A stretch of DNA of 61,457 bases, filler included, from Bdellovibrionota bacterium (GCA_963169515.1; 6 parts of 6 records of this genome joined end to end with filler, not necessarily neighbours in it), one strand, 5' to 3'; numbered from the whole stretch's first letter, positions 21,615 through 30,873 are shown. The notes: generated from the sequence alone by a model not told the origin. Numbers and translations are program-made.

Positions 21615-23135
21615 AATAAAAAAAAATCTAAAATTGGAGAAAAGCCAGGGTTCTGGATTGATGCGAACACTCACGCTGGTGAAATCGCAGGGACCCAATG
21701 CGCACTTTATTTTATTTTCAAAATGTTGACCGGCTATCAGAAAAATAAAGAGATCACGCATCTTTTAGACCATGTTGAGTTTTATGTTGTCCCTAGATTA
21801 TCCGCAGACGGTGCAGAGTACTATTTACGAACACATTTTGATATTCGTTCGACCCCTCTCCCATGGCCAAATCCGCCAGTGCACGAAAATTTTATTCCAG
21901 AGGATTTGGATAAAGACGGATGGATCCTAACAATGCGAAAAAAAGATCCCGCCGGAGCGTTTAAAGTTTGCCCCCAAAATAAAGACATTATGGTGCAAAG
22001 AAAGCACAACGATACTGAGGGCACATTTTATAAACTTTACTGCGAGGGTAAATTTCAAAACTATGATGGATTTCACGAAAACTATGAAGACGTGAACGGT
22101 TTTGATTTAAATCGGCAATATCCCGCTGGTTACCGCCCCGAGGGCCAGCAGTGGGGTGCCGGCCCGCATGCATTGCATTTGCCGGAAGCACGAGCTTTTG
22201 TCGAAGCCTTTACAAAACGCCACCGAACTTATGGACATATCACATTGCATACATTTGGCGGTTTGATCCTAAGGCCCCCCGCCGGACACCCCGATGAGAA
22301 TTTCGATGCACATGATATGGAAGTATTTAAACGCTATTCTCAAGAGGGCGAACGGCTTAGTGGGTATAAGGCTTTAAGCGTATTCAAAGAATTCCGCTAC
22401 GATTCACGCGATACCATAACGGGATCCACGGATGATTGGACATTTGAGCAACGCGGAGTTTTTGCATTTACTGTTGAGGTCTGGGACATCTACAAGGAGG
22501 CCGGCATCGAGATCAAGGATCATGTTTCCAGGTACTTCTATCCCGCTGAGACTGAAATTTTAAAAGCCTATACGTGGTGCAAAAAGCATTTGAAAAAATC
22601 GGATTTCTACCGCGAGTGGAAAGCATTCCATCACCCACAACTAGGCCCTGTAGAAATTGGCGGATGGAAATTCAATTACGTATTTAGAAACCCACCACCT
22701 AAATTTTTAAAACAGGAACTCGATAAAGTTTTTGACATTATTATTTCACAAGCCAAATCTACGCCGCTGGTTCGATTAAAAAAAGTAGAGAAAGAAAAAC
22801 TTTCCGACAAGACAACAAAGTTAACGGCAATATTTGAAAACACGGGATACTTGCCAACCAACGGCAGCAAGCAGGCCCTTAAGGTTGCTGCCGTTCGAAA
22901 GCCTACTGTTAGATTAAAAACAAAACTAAAAATTCGCCAAGGAAAGAACCATCTTGAAGTACCACACCTTAAGGGGCACAACCGATTCCTGCCATGGCAC
23001 TCCCCGATCTGGTTTTACTCTCGAAGCAACGAAAACGAATTGAAAGTCGAATGGATTCTAGAGGGAAATGGCAGCGTAGAGCTGGATTGCGATTTTGCCC
23101 GCGGCGGTCGCTTACAAGAAAAGATTAATATATGA
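21615..23135 (+). CDS. M14-family zinc carboxypeptidase; true N-terminus lost in poor contig-end sequence
   Basis: Frame extends upstream of ATG 21723 and contains KPGFWIDANTHAGE (HxxE zinc motif); DLNRQYP, LHTFGG. Confidence 0.88.
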   Translation, partial: NKKKSKIGEKPGFWIDANTHAGEIAGTQCALYFIFKMLTGYQKNKEITHLLDHVEFYVVPRLSADGAEYYLRTHFDIRSTPLPWPNPPVHENFIPEDLDKDGWILTMRKKDPAGAFKVCPQNKDIMVQRKHNDTEGTFYKLYCEGKFQNYDGFHENYEDVNGFDLNRQYPAGYRPEGQQWGAGPHALHLPEARAFVEAFTKRHRTYGHITLHTFGGLILRPPAGHPDENFDAHDMEVFKRYSQEGERLSGYKALSVFKEFRYDSRDTITGSTDDWTFEQRGVFAFTVEVWDIYKEAGIEIKDHVSRYFYPAETEILKAYTWCKKHLKKSDFYREWKAFHHPQLGPVEIGGWKFNYVFRNPPPKFLKQELDKVFDIIISQAKSTPLVRLKKVEKEKLSDKTTKLTAIFENTGYLPTNGSKQALKVAAVRKPTVRLKTKLKIRQGKNHLEVPHLKGHNRFLPWHSPIWFYSRSNENELKVEWILEGNGSVELDCDFARGGRLQEKINI

Positions 23136-23178
23136 GCAAACTTATTGCACTGCACATCAAAAAGGTACGGCCTACCCT

Positions 23179-24396
23179 ATGTTAGTTTTGGCGATTGTCC
23201 ATACGCTTTGTGTTGGTTTTTTTCACAAACAGGCCCTTCGTGTGGGACTTTCCACTTGGCGCGGCCGACTTCTTCATTTTGCAAGCGAGGTCGAAGTCGT
23301 TTTTGGCTTTTGGGCCGTCATGTTTTTTCTTGCTACAGCGCTCTCGGACGGATTGGCTTCCGCAATTTCTTACGTTGAAAATCGAAATTTTACTGAGCCA
23401 CTTTTTATCTTTGTCATTCTAGTCATTTCAGCGACCAGACCCATACTTTACATGGCCGAACAAATCATTTTGAAAATTTCAAGATTATTGCCGTTCGCAC
23501 CAGCCAAATCGTTCTATTTGACAGCGTTGATAATCGGCCCACTCTTGGGCAGCTTCATTACAGAACCCGCCGCAATGACCGTAACAGCCCTTCTTTTAAG
23601 AAATACCTATTTTTCTAATACATCCGAAAAATTCAAGTACCTCACCCTTGGTCTTTTGTTTGTTAATGTTTCCATCGGTGGGGTTCTCACGCCCTATGCC
23701 GCACCACCTGTTTTAATGGTCGCTCGTCAATGGGGATGGGATTTGCAATTTATGCTTGTCCATTTTGGGTGGAAAGCTGTCCTTGCCGCCTGTATCAACA
23801 CAATTACTATTTGTCTGCTTCTGAATAAAGAGTTCAAATCCCTTAAAATGGACGTGTCCACCGAAGCAAAACCGCCAATATCCAGTTCAATTTTGAATGT
23901 GCTATTTCTTTTTATTGTCGTCGTGACAGCCCACCATCCAATATTGTTTATCGCAGCTTTTTTAATTTTTTTGGGCGTCGTACACATCACCCAGTATAAT
24001 GAAGGTCTCAAATTACGCGAAGGACTCCTTGTTGCCATATTTTTAGGCGGACTTGTCGTTCTTGGAGGCGCACAAAGTTGGTGGCTAAAGCCTATTTTGC
24101 TGAAACTTTCTGAAGGCCAAGTCTTTTTCTGGGCAACAGCGATTACCGCAATTGTGGATAATGCAGCACTGACTTATCTTGGGTCACAGGTCGATGGGCT
24201 AACAGAAACATTTAAATATCTGCTTGTTGCAGGCGCTGTTACAGGCGGCGGACTAACAGTCATTGCAAACGCGCCAAATCCGGCCGGATTTTCCATCCTT
24301 GGAAAGCAATTTGGCGGTCCTATATCTGCAATCAAACTTTTTAGAGCTGCCATTATTCCAACTACTGTTGCCGCTATATGTTTTTATTTTCTTTAG
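23179..24396 (+). CDS. Putative Na+/H+ antiporter (DUF1504-like), likely start ATG 23179
   Basis: EVEVVFGFW, FTEPLF, ITEPAAMT, DNAALTYL, GGGLTVIANAPNPAG. Confidence 0.82.
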   Translation: MLVLAIVHTLCVGFFHKQALRVGLSTWRGRLLHFASEVEVVFGFWAVMFFLATALSDGLASAISYVENRNFTEPLFIFVILVISATRPILYMAEQIILKISRLLPFAPAKSFYLTALIIGPLLGSFITEPAAMTVTALLLRNTYFSNTSEKFKYLTLGLLFVNVSIGGVLTPYAAPPVLMVARQWGWDLQFMLVHFGWKAVLAACINTITICLLLNKEFKSLKMDVSTEAKPPISSSILNVLFLFIVVVTAHHPILFIAAFLIFLGVVHITQYNEGLKLREGLLVAIFLGGLVVLGGAQSWWLKPILLKLSEGQVFFWATAITAIVDNAALTYLGSQVDGLTETFKYLLVAGAVTGGGLTVIANAPNPAGFSILGKQFGGPISAIKLFRAAIIPTTVAAICFYFL

Positions 24397-24407
24397 GGTA
24401 ACCAACA

Positions 24408-24809
24408 ATGCCAATAAAATCCTATTACGATATTCTGATCACCGAAACCCATTTGGATACTTTTGAGCATATGAATAATGCTACTTATTTGAAAATTTTT
24501 GAAGAAGCCCGATGGGATTTACTAACAAAAAATGGCTACGGGCTTACCGAAATTCAAAAAAATAAACAAGGCCCCATAGTTATCGAAATTAATATTAAAT
24601 TTAAAAAAGAAATAAAAAATCGTGAGGCTATTAAGATCGAAACGTATTGCACTGAATATGTCGGCAAGGTCGGAAAGCTGGTTCAACGAATGATCAATCA
24701 AAAGGGTGAGGAATGTTGCCTCTTTGAAATGACTTTTGGCTTATTTGATTTAAAAACGCGGAAACTGATCGAACCAACTCCCGAATGGCGCAAAGCTATT
24801 GGAATCTAA
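24408..24809 (+). CDS. Acyl-CoA thioesterase (4HBT/YbgC family)
   Basis: DTFEHMNNATYLKIFEEAR hotdog-fold motif. Confidence 0.88.
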   Translation: MPIKSYYDILITETHLDTFEHMNNATYLKIFEEARWDLLTKNGYGLTEIQKNKQGPIVIEINIKFKKEIKNREAIKIETYCTEYVGKVGKLVQRMINQKGEECCLFEMTFGLFDLKTRKLIEPTPEWRKAIGI

Positions 24810-25806
24810 AAATATTTTGGCAGCTGGGGGCTTGAAGCCGTAAGTGGCCCTTCAAATACTGTTTTATTTCATTTATATATTTGCGCGATGCTACCTGTAT
24901 ACCAATACCACCAAAAAACAAGGTTCCGCTAATAAGTCCGCTCAGCTCATCCATATGGGCCGTATTTGCCACCAACCCGACGGCAAGCCCCATTGAAACG
25001 AACAGTCCGAGTGCCGCTTGATATCCATCCAGTTTATTAACTTCATTCGGGTATGATCTAACCATCTCCCTTTTAATTTTTGACATCGCATTTTCAATTA
25101 AGCCAAGCATCAGGACTGTCCCCGCAGAGTTCTGTCCAACTTTGGAAATATAATCCAAAGTGTTGAATTTGAGGTCTGATTCTATCAGAATCGGCAACCC
25201 CACAAAGAGCGCATTATAAAGACCACTGAACAAAAACAATCTTTTAAAAAGCCATTCCTCTGTAAAATTAAGAATTTTGTCCTTCAATCTATTCTTTTTA
25301 AAATGGCGAACTACAGTAAAATTTTGAACCTCATTATAAAAATATCCAAAGAATGTAGCACTTACAGCAGCAAGCAGAACCTCTGCCGAAATTGTTGCTA
25401 CTGCGTAATTCAACGGCGAAAAAAAGGCGCCAATTGCAGTAGCCACGCCGGCAGCGATCGTTCGAAATATAGTTAACCTTACCCTTTCCGTGCCCCGCTT
25501 TTTCCATGATTTAAGAGACCTCTCTACTTCCGGTAGAGTCTTTTCCACCGGAACTGAGTCCAAAATTTGAGGGTTTTCCAAGACCCCATACCGTGGTCCA
25601 ATATCCAAGCTCACCGATTGTTCCTTTAGCATTTGAATTGCTTCTGTCGTTGTAACAGTCGAATTAGTTACTTCTAAAAATTCAGATGGACCTGTTTCAA
25701 TCGAGGCAGCTGCTGAAGCTGGTACCCCCTGCATGGCTTGGCCATAAGCCAAATTGCTGCCCATGATGGAGATAATAAGGATCCAAGAAATTAAATTTAC
25801 CCGCAA
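24796..25806 (-). CDS. Hypothetical exported multi-pass membrane protein
   Basis: 336-aa ORF, signal-peptide-like N-terminus, several hydrophobic helices. Confidence 0.65.
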   Translation of the reverse strand: MRVNLISWILIISIMGSNLAYGQAMQGVPASAAASIETGPSEFLEVTNSTVTTTEAIQMLKEQSVSLDIGPRYGVLENPQILDSVPVEKTLPEVERSLKSWKKRGTERVRLTIFRTIAAGVATAIGAFFSPLNYAVATISAEVLLAAVSATFFGYFYNEVQNFTVVRHFKKNRLKDKILNFTEEWLFKRLFLFSGLYNALFVGLPILIESDLKFNTLDYISKVGQNSAGTVLMLGLIENAMSKIKREMVRSYPNEVNKLDGYQAALGLFVSMGLAVGLVANTAHMDELSGLISGTLFFGGIGIQVASRKYINEIKQYLKGHLRLQAPSCQNIFRFQ

Positions 25807-26020
25807 ATTCTACCCTTTAGTAAGTTTCGCCCAATGTAAATAAACGGAGTTTACCATAATTTGGATGCAAACAATATGGGCATGGGCGATAAGGTGAAAT
25901 TACGAAATGAGTGCTCAAAAAATCGCCAGTTTTATCTATATTGCCCCCCTCAAATCTCTAATAATCAAACCAGACGATAGGGCCATACGGTTAAAGAAAA
26001 TATAAACCGATAGTTATCGT

Positions 26021-26275
26021 ATGCCGGCGCAGCTTTTATACTCGATTTTTGAAAAAAATTTACTTCAACTGGATGATGAAAATCCGTCCCTGAAGGAATT
26101 TGTTCAGACCGTGGTTGGCGACTATCTTACCGAAACTCAAAATAAGGGATTTGGTTTAAATCTATCGTTCAAAAAAGAATTGTGCGAAGAACTGGAAGAT
26201 GTCGTTCGCGACATGACCTTGAAGAAAATCTACGGATCGTTCAGTATTTCTGAATATAGAAAAAAATTTAGATAA
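26021..26275 (+). CDS. Small hypothetical protein
   Basis: 84-aa ORF filling the gap; helical, acidic. Confidence 0.6.
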   Translation: MPAQLLYSIFEKNLLQLDDENPSLKEFVQTVVGDYLTETQNKGFGLNLSFKKELCEELEDVVRDMTLKKIYGSFSISEYRKKFR

Positions 26276-27281
26276 ATTGAGGACCTTTTGTCTGATCAAC
26301 ATCTAACCACAAATCATCTGATACCGTAGAATCAAGATTAAAAATACGAATTACTTGTCCCTCTTTCAAAAAAGAAACTTTGGTATCAGACCCGTCGTTT
26401 TCAGAAACAAATTTCAAGTTATGCAAATCAAGCTCTCCCTCTTTATCAAGAAGCAGCGTTATCGTTTCATCTGCTGTGCTGTCAAATTTTAAATAGATTG
26501 CCATTTGATGATCTTCTCGATCGCCCAAAATATAATGGATGTCGATGGCTCCTGCTTTTAAAGTTTTGCTAGTTTGTTCTGAACGCGAATTTTTTTTTAC
26601 CTCTTGGCGATCAGTTACTACGACTTTAAAATGAGTATCGCCAATTCGGATGATCGAAAGAATTCGCGTGCACGAATTATCCATAATGCACACCGATTTG
26701 GCCTCAATAAGTTGATTTTTAAGAATCCCGCTGTCTGTATCTGCAAGAAGATCGGCCTCGTTTGGGCTCAAAGTTAACTTAGCAAACAAGCCGTTACTTT
26801 TGCTATTGGGATTCAATGCTCCAACAAGCTCTTTGCTTTGGTCTTTTATTTTTAAACGGATTGTAATGCCTGTTGCTTGCTCGCCTGCTTCTCCGTTAGC
26901 TCGAATTTCAAGGATTTTTACATCTCCCCATGGGTCGCTAATCGTCGGTTTTTCAAGCTCTTTTTTTCCCGCGTCGCCCAAATCCGCATTCCTATCTGCC
27001 TTTATAGGCTTAATAGCTTGGGGCATCCCAAGTGCAATCAAAGGACTAAATTCTTTTTTAGATATTTTTTTTAATTCTCCAAGATCATCTAAACGGCCCG
27101 TTAGTTTTTCACGGATACCCATTAAAAAGGCCTCGCTATATCTCTCTGCCACAATCTTTTCCTGACGGGCCACTACGTCCGCTGGTGATTTTATGCCACC
27201 AATTCGCTCTTTTTTTTGTTGGTTTCCACCACATGCTGCTAAAACCAGAACGACAGGGATCATGTATTTTAATGTTTTCAT
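26268..27281 (-). CDS. Hypothetical lipoprotein
   Basis: Lipobox LAAC, AAGGAAG RBS, 337 aa. Confidence 0.75.
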   Translation of the reverse strand: MKTLKYMIPVVLVLAACGGNQQKKERIGGIKSPADVVARQEKIVAERYSEAFLMGIREKLTGRLDDLGELKKISKKEFSPLIALGMPQAIKPIKADRNADLGDAGKKELEKPTISDPWGDVKILEIRANGEAGEQATGITIRLKIKDQSKELVGALNPNSKSNGLFAKLTLSPNEADLLADTDSGILKNQLIEAKSVCIMDNSCTRILSIIRIGDTHFKVVVTDRQEVKKNSRSEQTSKTLKAGAIDIHYILGDREDHQMAIYLKFDSTADETITLLLDKEGELDLHNLKFVSENDGSDTKVSFLKEGQVIRIFNLDSTVSDDLWLDVDQTKGPQFI

Positions 27282-27342
27282 AAATCTTCCTTTTAACTTG
27301 GTTTCTAACTAACTGGCTAAAACCCTTACACCAGGTATTTAT

Positions 27343-27358
27343 TGCAATGAGGGTACCA
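27343..27358 (-). promoter_or_regulatory. Putative sigma54 (-24/-12) promoter
   Basis: TGGTACCCTCATTGCA (GG-N10-GC), about 60 nt upstream of the 27281 ATG. Confidence 0.6.
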
Positions 27359-27479
27359 GCCATTTAAATTTTAAAGTCCACCCACGCCTATTTATTACAA
27401 AATAGGTGCCCTAAATGGGCCCTGTTCCCCAGGAATTGTCACGCGACACGAATCTGGCCCCATTTTATTGAATCTGTGT

Positions 27480-27495
27480 TGGTCTGCCGATTGCT
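27480..27495 (+). promoter_or_regulatory. Putative sigma54 (-24/-12) promoter
   Basis: TGGTCTGCCGATTGCT (GG-N10-GC), about 54 nt upstream of ATG 27549. Confidence 0.5.
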
Positions 27496-27548
27496 CTAAG
27501 GAGCCTCGGTGAATTGTATTTAAACGCATGAAAGAGGTCTTTCCCGCC

Positions 27549-28478
27549 ATGCAATTACGTATGTTGCTCAATATATCTGTTGGTCTCAGCATGATTGCTC
27601 TTGCTGCTTGTACACCCCAAAACACCTACATAGGTAGAAAGTTTGGCGGGGAAACAACTTTTGTCCATAAAGACATTGTATCCAGTACTCCCACCGCCAT
27701 TGCCACACCCGAAGAAATCGCAAGCGCACTTAAATTAAAAGACATTGAAAAGTACGACACAGCCGAAAGTAAAAAAGACTTAGAGCAACTGGTACTTGAC
27801 TCTAAAGACGAAGATTTTTTTCTAACCGACACAGAATTAAATGATTTAGAAAATGCGCCAGCAGCAAACACTGACGGTTTTATTACTATAGATAATGGGA
27901 AAAAAATATTTCCTCGAATTAAGCCCCTTATCAAAGGGGTACTCTACAAACTAGAAATCGCACGAGAAGGCTCCCTTGTCTCTATCCCTGGTATCATTTT
28001 CAGAAAACAAATCGAAGTATCAAGCGTAGATACCAATGAAACCAATGCAAAGTTAGCTCAAACCGTATTGAACAAGTTAAAAAAGAAAAATCTATCCATC
28101 AGATCACTTAGATTATATGGACGCCCTGATGTACAACAATTAACGACGGTCGCAGACAGTGATAACTCGATCGACTTTGGACTTCTTACCACCAAATTTA
28201 ACGGTGAAGTTCTTGCCGAAGCCGAGCTCAGCAATATTAGACCCGGGTTGACGGTTTGGGATGCCCCCGCACGCGGAACTCTTCGTAACCAGGGTATTAC
28301 AAAGGCGCTCAATGCAAGCCCGGAAAGATTGGTTGAAGGTTTGCTATTGAACCAATCATTTACACTGACACTGATGGCTGATGCTGTACTGGTCGGCGAC
28401 TACAAACTGAACCCATCAGGTAAGCTATTTAATGAAGAATTTATTTTAGATTTAGAAAAAGAATTAAAGAAACTATAA
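27549..28478 (+). CDS. Hypothetical lipoprotein (likely start ATG 27549)
   Basis: Lipobox LAAC; GAGG RBS. Confidence 0.72.
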   Translation: MQLRMLLNISVGLSMIALAACTPQNTYIGRKFGGETTFVHKDIVSSTPTAIATPEEIASALKLKDIEKYDTAESKKDLEQLVLDSKDEDFFLTDTELNDLENAPAANTDGFITIDNGKKIFPRIKPLIKGVLYKLEIAREGSLVSIPGIIFRKQIEVSSVDTNETNAKLAQTVLNKLKKKNLSIRSLRLYGRPDVQQLTTVADSDNSIDFGLLTTKFNGEVLAEAELSNIRPGLTVWDAPARGTLRNQGITKALNASPERLVEGLLLNQSFTLTLMADAVLVGDYKLNPSGKLFNEEFILDLEKELKKL

Positions 28479-28490
28479 TTTGGAGGTCTT

Positions 28491-29552
28491 ATGAACTTTT
28501 CTAAAATTTTACAAGCAAGCGCGATGTCACTGGTTATTGCCAGTCTTGTTGCCGCCTGCGCCCCTGGCTCCCGTAAATCTTCTAAGCGCCCATCAATGAA
28601 ACGCGCTGTAACCGAAAAGGCCAATCCTTTAGCGGATAAAATTCAGAAAGATCGAGAATCGCTGGTGATATCTGAAAAGCTCGCAATTCAAAATGCTGAA
28701 ATTGAACTGATGAAAGCAATCGAAGACGTTCAAGTAAAGGCCGACGGTATCATCGTGACCTTCGTAAACAAAGATTCTGTCATTTTTGAAAAAGACGGCA
28801 CAGATAATAAACAATTTAGCACTGTAATAGACGATCAAAAGTATGTGATCAAAATCAACGACAGCGCGGACGAACGCTTTAATATGTTGTTAGCCAGAAA
28901 TTCATTCGACAAAGCTCATCCTGCTGTAAGAATAAATGTGAACTCAAATCCAAAGTTGGCTGTTGTTGGTATTGAAAACATAGATGAAATGAGTGCGGAT
29001 GCCAGAAAAGAGGCAGAACGCGTTCAAACAGCTCTTACAACAAACGTTATCGAAAGGACTCTCGATCTTTCCACTGCTTCGAAAGACAAAACAATGCAAC
29101 GTAGAACAATTGTAGCAAAAGACGAATCTTTTACGATTCAAGCCGTTAAATTCGGGACCCGAACCCAAGTGAGACTTGAAGGCATTGCAAATGCTGAAGC
29201 TACATTGCAATCAACTGCTACACCCGATGTTGTTACATTGGTTCTTGAGCTAAAAGACGAAGTTGAAGCAACTTTGAAAATAACTCTCAAAAACGCCGAA
29301 GCTAAAGTGCCTGCTGAAGAGGCTCTTGTGAAGGAATCTCCGACTCAAGAAGGCGAACTTGAAACCGTCACAGTAAGCGCCACCCGAATATCAACAGATG
29401 CCGTACCAGAAGCCAGTGCCTTGGTTGATAAAGCAGCTCTAAAGCAAGACGAGTTTGAGACCGTTACAATAACCGCTCCGCGAATGTCTGCAGAGGAAAC
29501 AGCCCAAACACCTGGAAAAGGGCCTGCAAAGCGCTTCAAAAGGTCAAAATAA
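28491..29552 (+). CDS. Hypothetical lipoprotein with C-terminal 32-aa tandem repeat
   Basis: Lipobox VAAC, GGAGG RBS, 353 aa. Confidence 0.78.
   Translation: MNFSKILQASAMSLVIASLVAACAPGSRKSSKRPSMKRAVTEKANPLADKIQKDRESLVISEKLAIQNAEIELMKAIEDVQVKADGIIVTFVNKDSVIFEKDGTDNKQFSTVIDDQKYVIKINDSADERFNMLLARNSFDKAHPAVRINVNSNPKLAVVGIENIDEMSADARKEAERVQTALTTNVIERTLDLSTASKDKTMQRRTIVAKDESFTIQAVKFGTRTQVRLEGIANAEATLQSTATPDVVTLVLELKDEVEATLKITLKNAEAKVPAEEALVKESPTQEGELETVTVSATRISTDAVPEASALVDKAALKQDEFETVTITAPRMSAEETAQTPGKGPAKRFKRSK
29307..29498 (+). repeat. Intragenic 2 x 96-nt (32-aa) degenerate tandem repeat
   Basis: VPAEEALVKESPTQEGELETVTVSATRISTDA / VPEASALVDKAALKQDEFETVTITAPRMSAEE. Confidence 0.75.
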
Positions 29553-29615
29553 CCCTCATAGGCCGCCGAAGGCTGTTCCATAGGGAAAATGCTGGTTGTT
29601 TGATCTACATATAGG

Positions 29616-29640
29616 AGCGGGCTAATTACCCGCTTTTATT
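29616..29640 (+). terminator. Putative intrinsic terminator
   Basis: AGCGGG-CTAATTA-CCCGCT-TTTATT. Confidence 0.55.
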
Positions 29641-29681
29641 ATTGATTTTTAGTAAAATTAGTTTTACTTTTCAACCGGGTA

Positions 29682-30212
29682 ATGGGGGCGGCTATGGTAC
29701 AGGTTTTAAGCTTTGAGGGTGCAAGTCTAAAACAGATAAGGAATGAACTTATGAAAAAGACTCTTGATGTAAAATCGCAACTGGAATTAGCCATCGCCCA
29801 AGCACAAAAAGATATTAACGCTTACCAGAGGGAAATTGAAATGAAGGTAAAAGAATTATCAAAACGAGGTATCGAACAAGTTGATCAGGCGATCGACTAC
29901 ATCAAATCACAAGAATTCGCCAACACGCTTATGCAATCCGTAGAAGATAGAGTTGAACCCCTTCGATCTGATTTGAAAAACAAAGAACAAATCATCCGCC
30001 AACTGGTAGACACAATTTTAAACCGTGCAAAAGAAGTCCGCGAGAACCTAGTGAAAGATCCGATCGGCGAAGTTCAAACTCAATTAAAAAAATTGAAAGC
30101 GCACGTTTTGAAAAAAGCAAGAAAGCCAAAAAAACGCTCGAGCTCAAAATCTACAACAAAAAAGTCCACCACCGCAAAAAAAACAAAATCAAAGCGTGCC
30201 GCAAAAAGGTAA
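29682..30212 (+). CDS. Hypothetical coiled-coil protein with Lys-rich C-terminal tail
   Basis: Amphipathic helices; tail KKARKPKKRSSSKSTTKKSTTAKKTKSKRAAKR. Confidence 0.7.
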   Translation: MGAAMVQVLSFEGASLKQIRNELMKKTLDVKSQLELAIAQAQKDINAYQREIEMKVKELSKRGIEQVDQAIDYIKSQEFANTLMQSVEDRVEPLRSDLKNKEQIIRQLVDTILNRAKEVRENLVKDPIGEVQTQLKKLKAHVLKKARKPKKRSSSKSTTKKSTTAKKTKSKRAAKR

Positions 30213-30222
30213 GGAAGCGGGC

Positions 30223-30873
30223 ATGGACAAATCCGTTGTCCTCTTTTCCAGCGGGTTAGATTCTACGGTTAATCTTTACGAAGCCCTAAGCGCCACGGAT
30301 GTTGTACTCGCGCTCACATTTGATTACGGGCAAAGAGCTGCAAAAAAAGAAATCCAATGCGCACAAACGGTCACCAAAGCCCTTCACGTTCCACATAGAG
30401 TAATAGACCTTCCCTTTTTTAAGGATTTCACATCCACTAGCCTTGTAAATCAAGAAATGAATGTCCCCCAAAATATTGCCATCGACGACGAGATTGAAAC
30501 CGTCCAGTCTGCAAGCGCCGTATGGGTTCCCAATCGTAACGGTATATTTCTTAATATCGCCGCAGGGTTTGCCGAAGGGCTTGGCGCAAATGTTGTGATT
30601 CCCGGATTTAATATCGAAGAAGGACAAACATTTCCGGACAACACCCAACAGTATCTAGACTCTCTTTCAAACGCTTTTGCGTATTCGACAGCAAATCGCA
30701 TTAAAGCAATCAGTTTTACAACTCACTTAAACAAAACGCAGATCGCACTACGTGGAAGAGAGCTTGGTGTCGATTTCAACATGATATGGTCTTGCTACTA
30801 TGGCGAAGATCAAGTCTGCAAAGCTTGCGAATCTTGCCTGCGATTCCATCGCGCAACACGAGCCATATTATGA
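30223..30873 (+). CDS. queC: 7-cyano-7-deazaguanine synthase (likely start ATG 30223)
   Basis: SSGLDS, FDYGQR, VPNRN, WSCY...CxxCxxC. Confidence 0.93.
   Translation: MDKSVVLFSSGLDSTVNLYEALSATDVVLALTFDYGQRAAKKEIQCAQTVTKALHVPHRVIDLPFFKDFTSTSLVNQEMNVPQNIAIDDEIETVQSASAVWVPNRNGIFLNIAAGFAEGLGANVVIPGFNIEEGQTFPDNTQQYLDSLSNAFAYSTANRIKAISFTTHLNKTQIALRGRELGVDFNMIWSCYYGEDQVCKACESCLRFHRATRAIL

Noticed and set aside
21493..21630. Extremely AT-rich stretch replacing the carboxypeptidase N-terminus (possible foreign DNA, origin or pseudogene)
   Set aside because: It sits at the contig tip and grades into good coding sequence. Low-quality or chimeric read-end consensus is the simpler explanation; read inspection is needed.
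23132..23185. 17-codon ORF (MSKLIALHIKKVRPTLC) bridging the peptidase stop and antiporter start
   Set aside because: No leader-peptide features; probably chance or simple translational coupling
25865..25883. sigma54-like site upstream of the 25806 gene (GCCCATATTGTTTGCA)
   Set aside because: The -24 position reads CC, not GG
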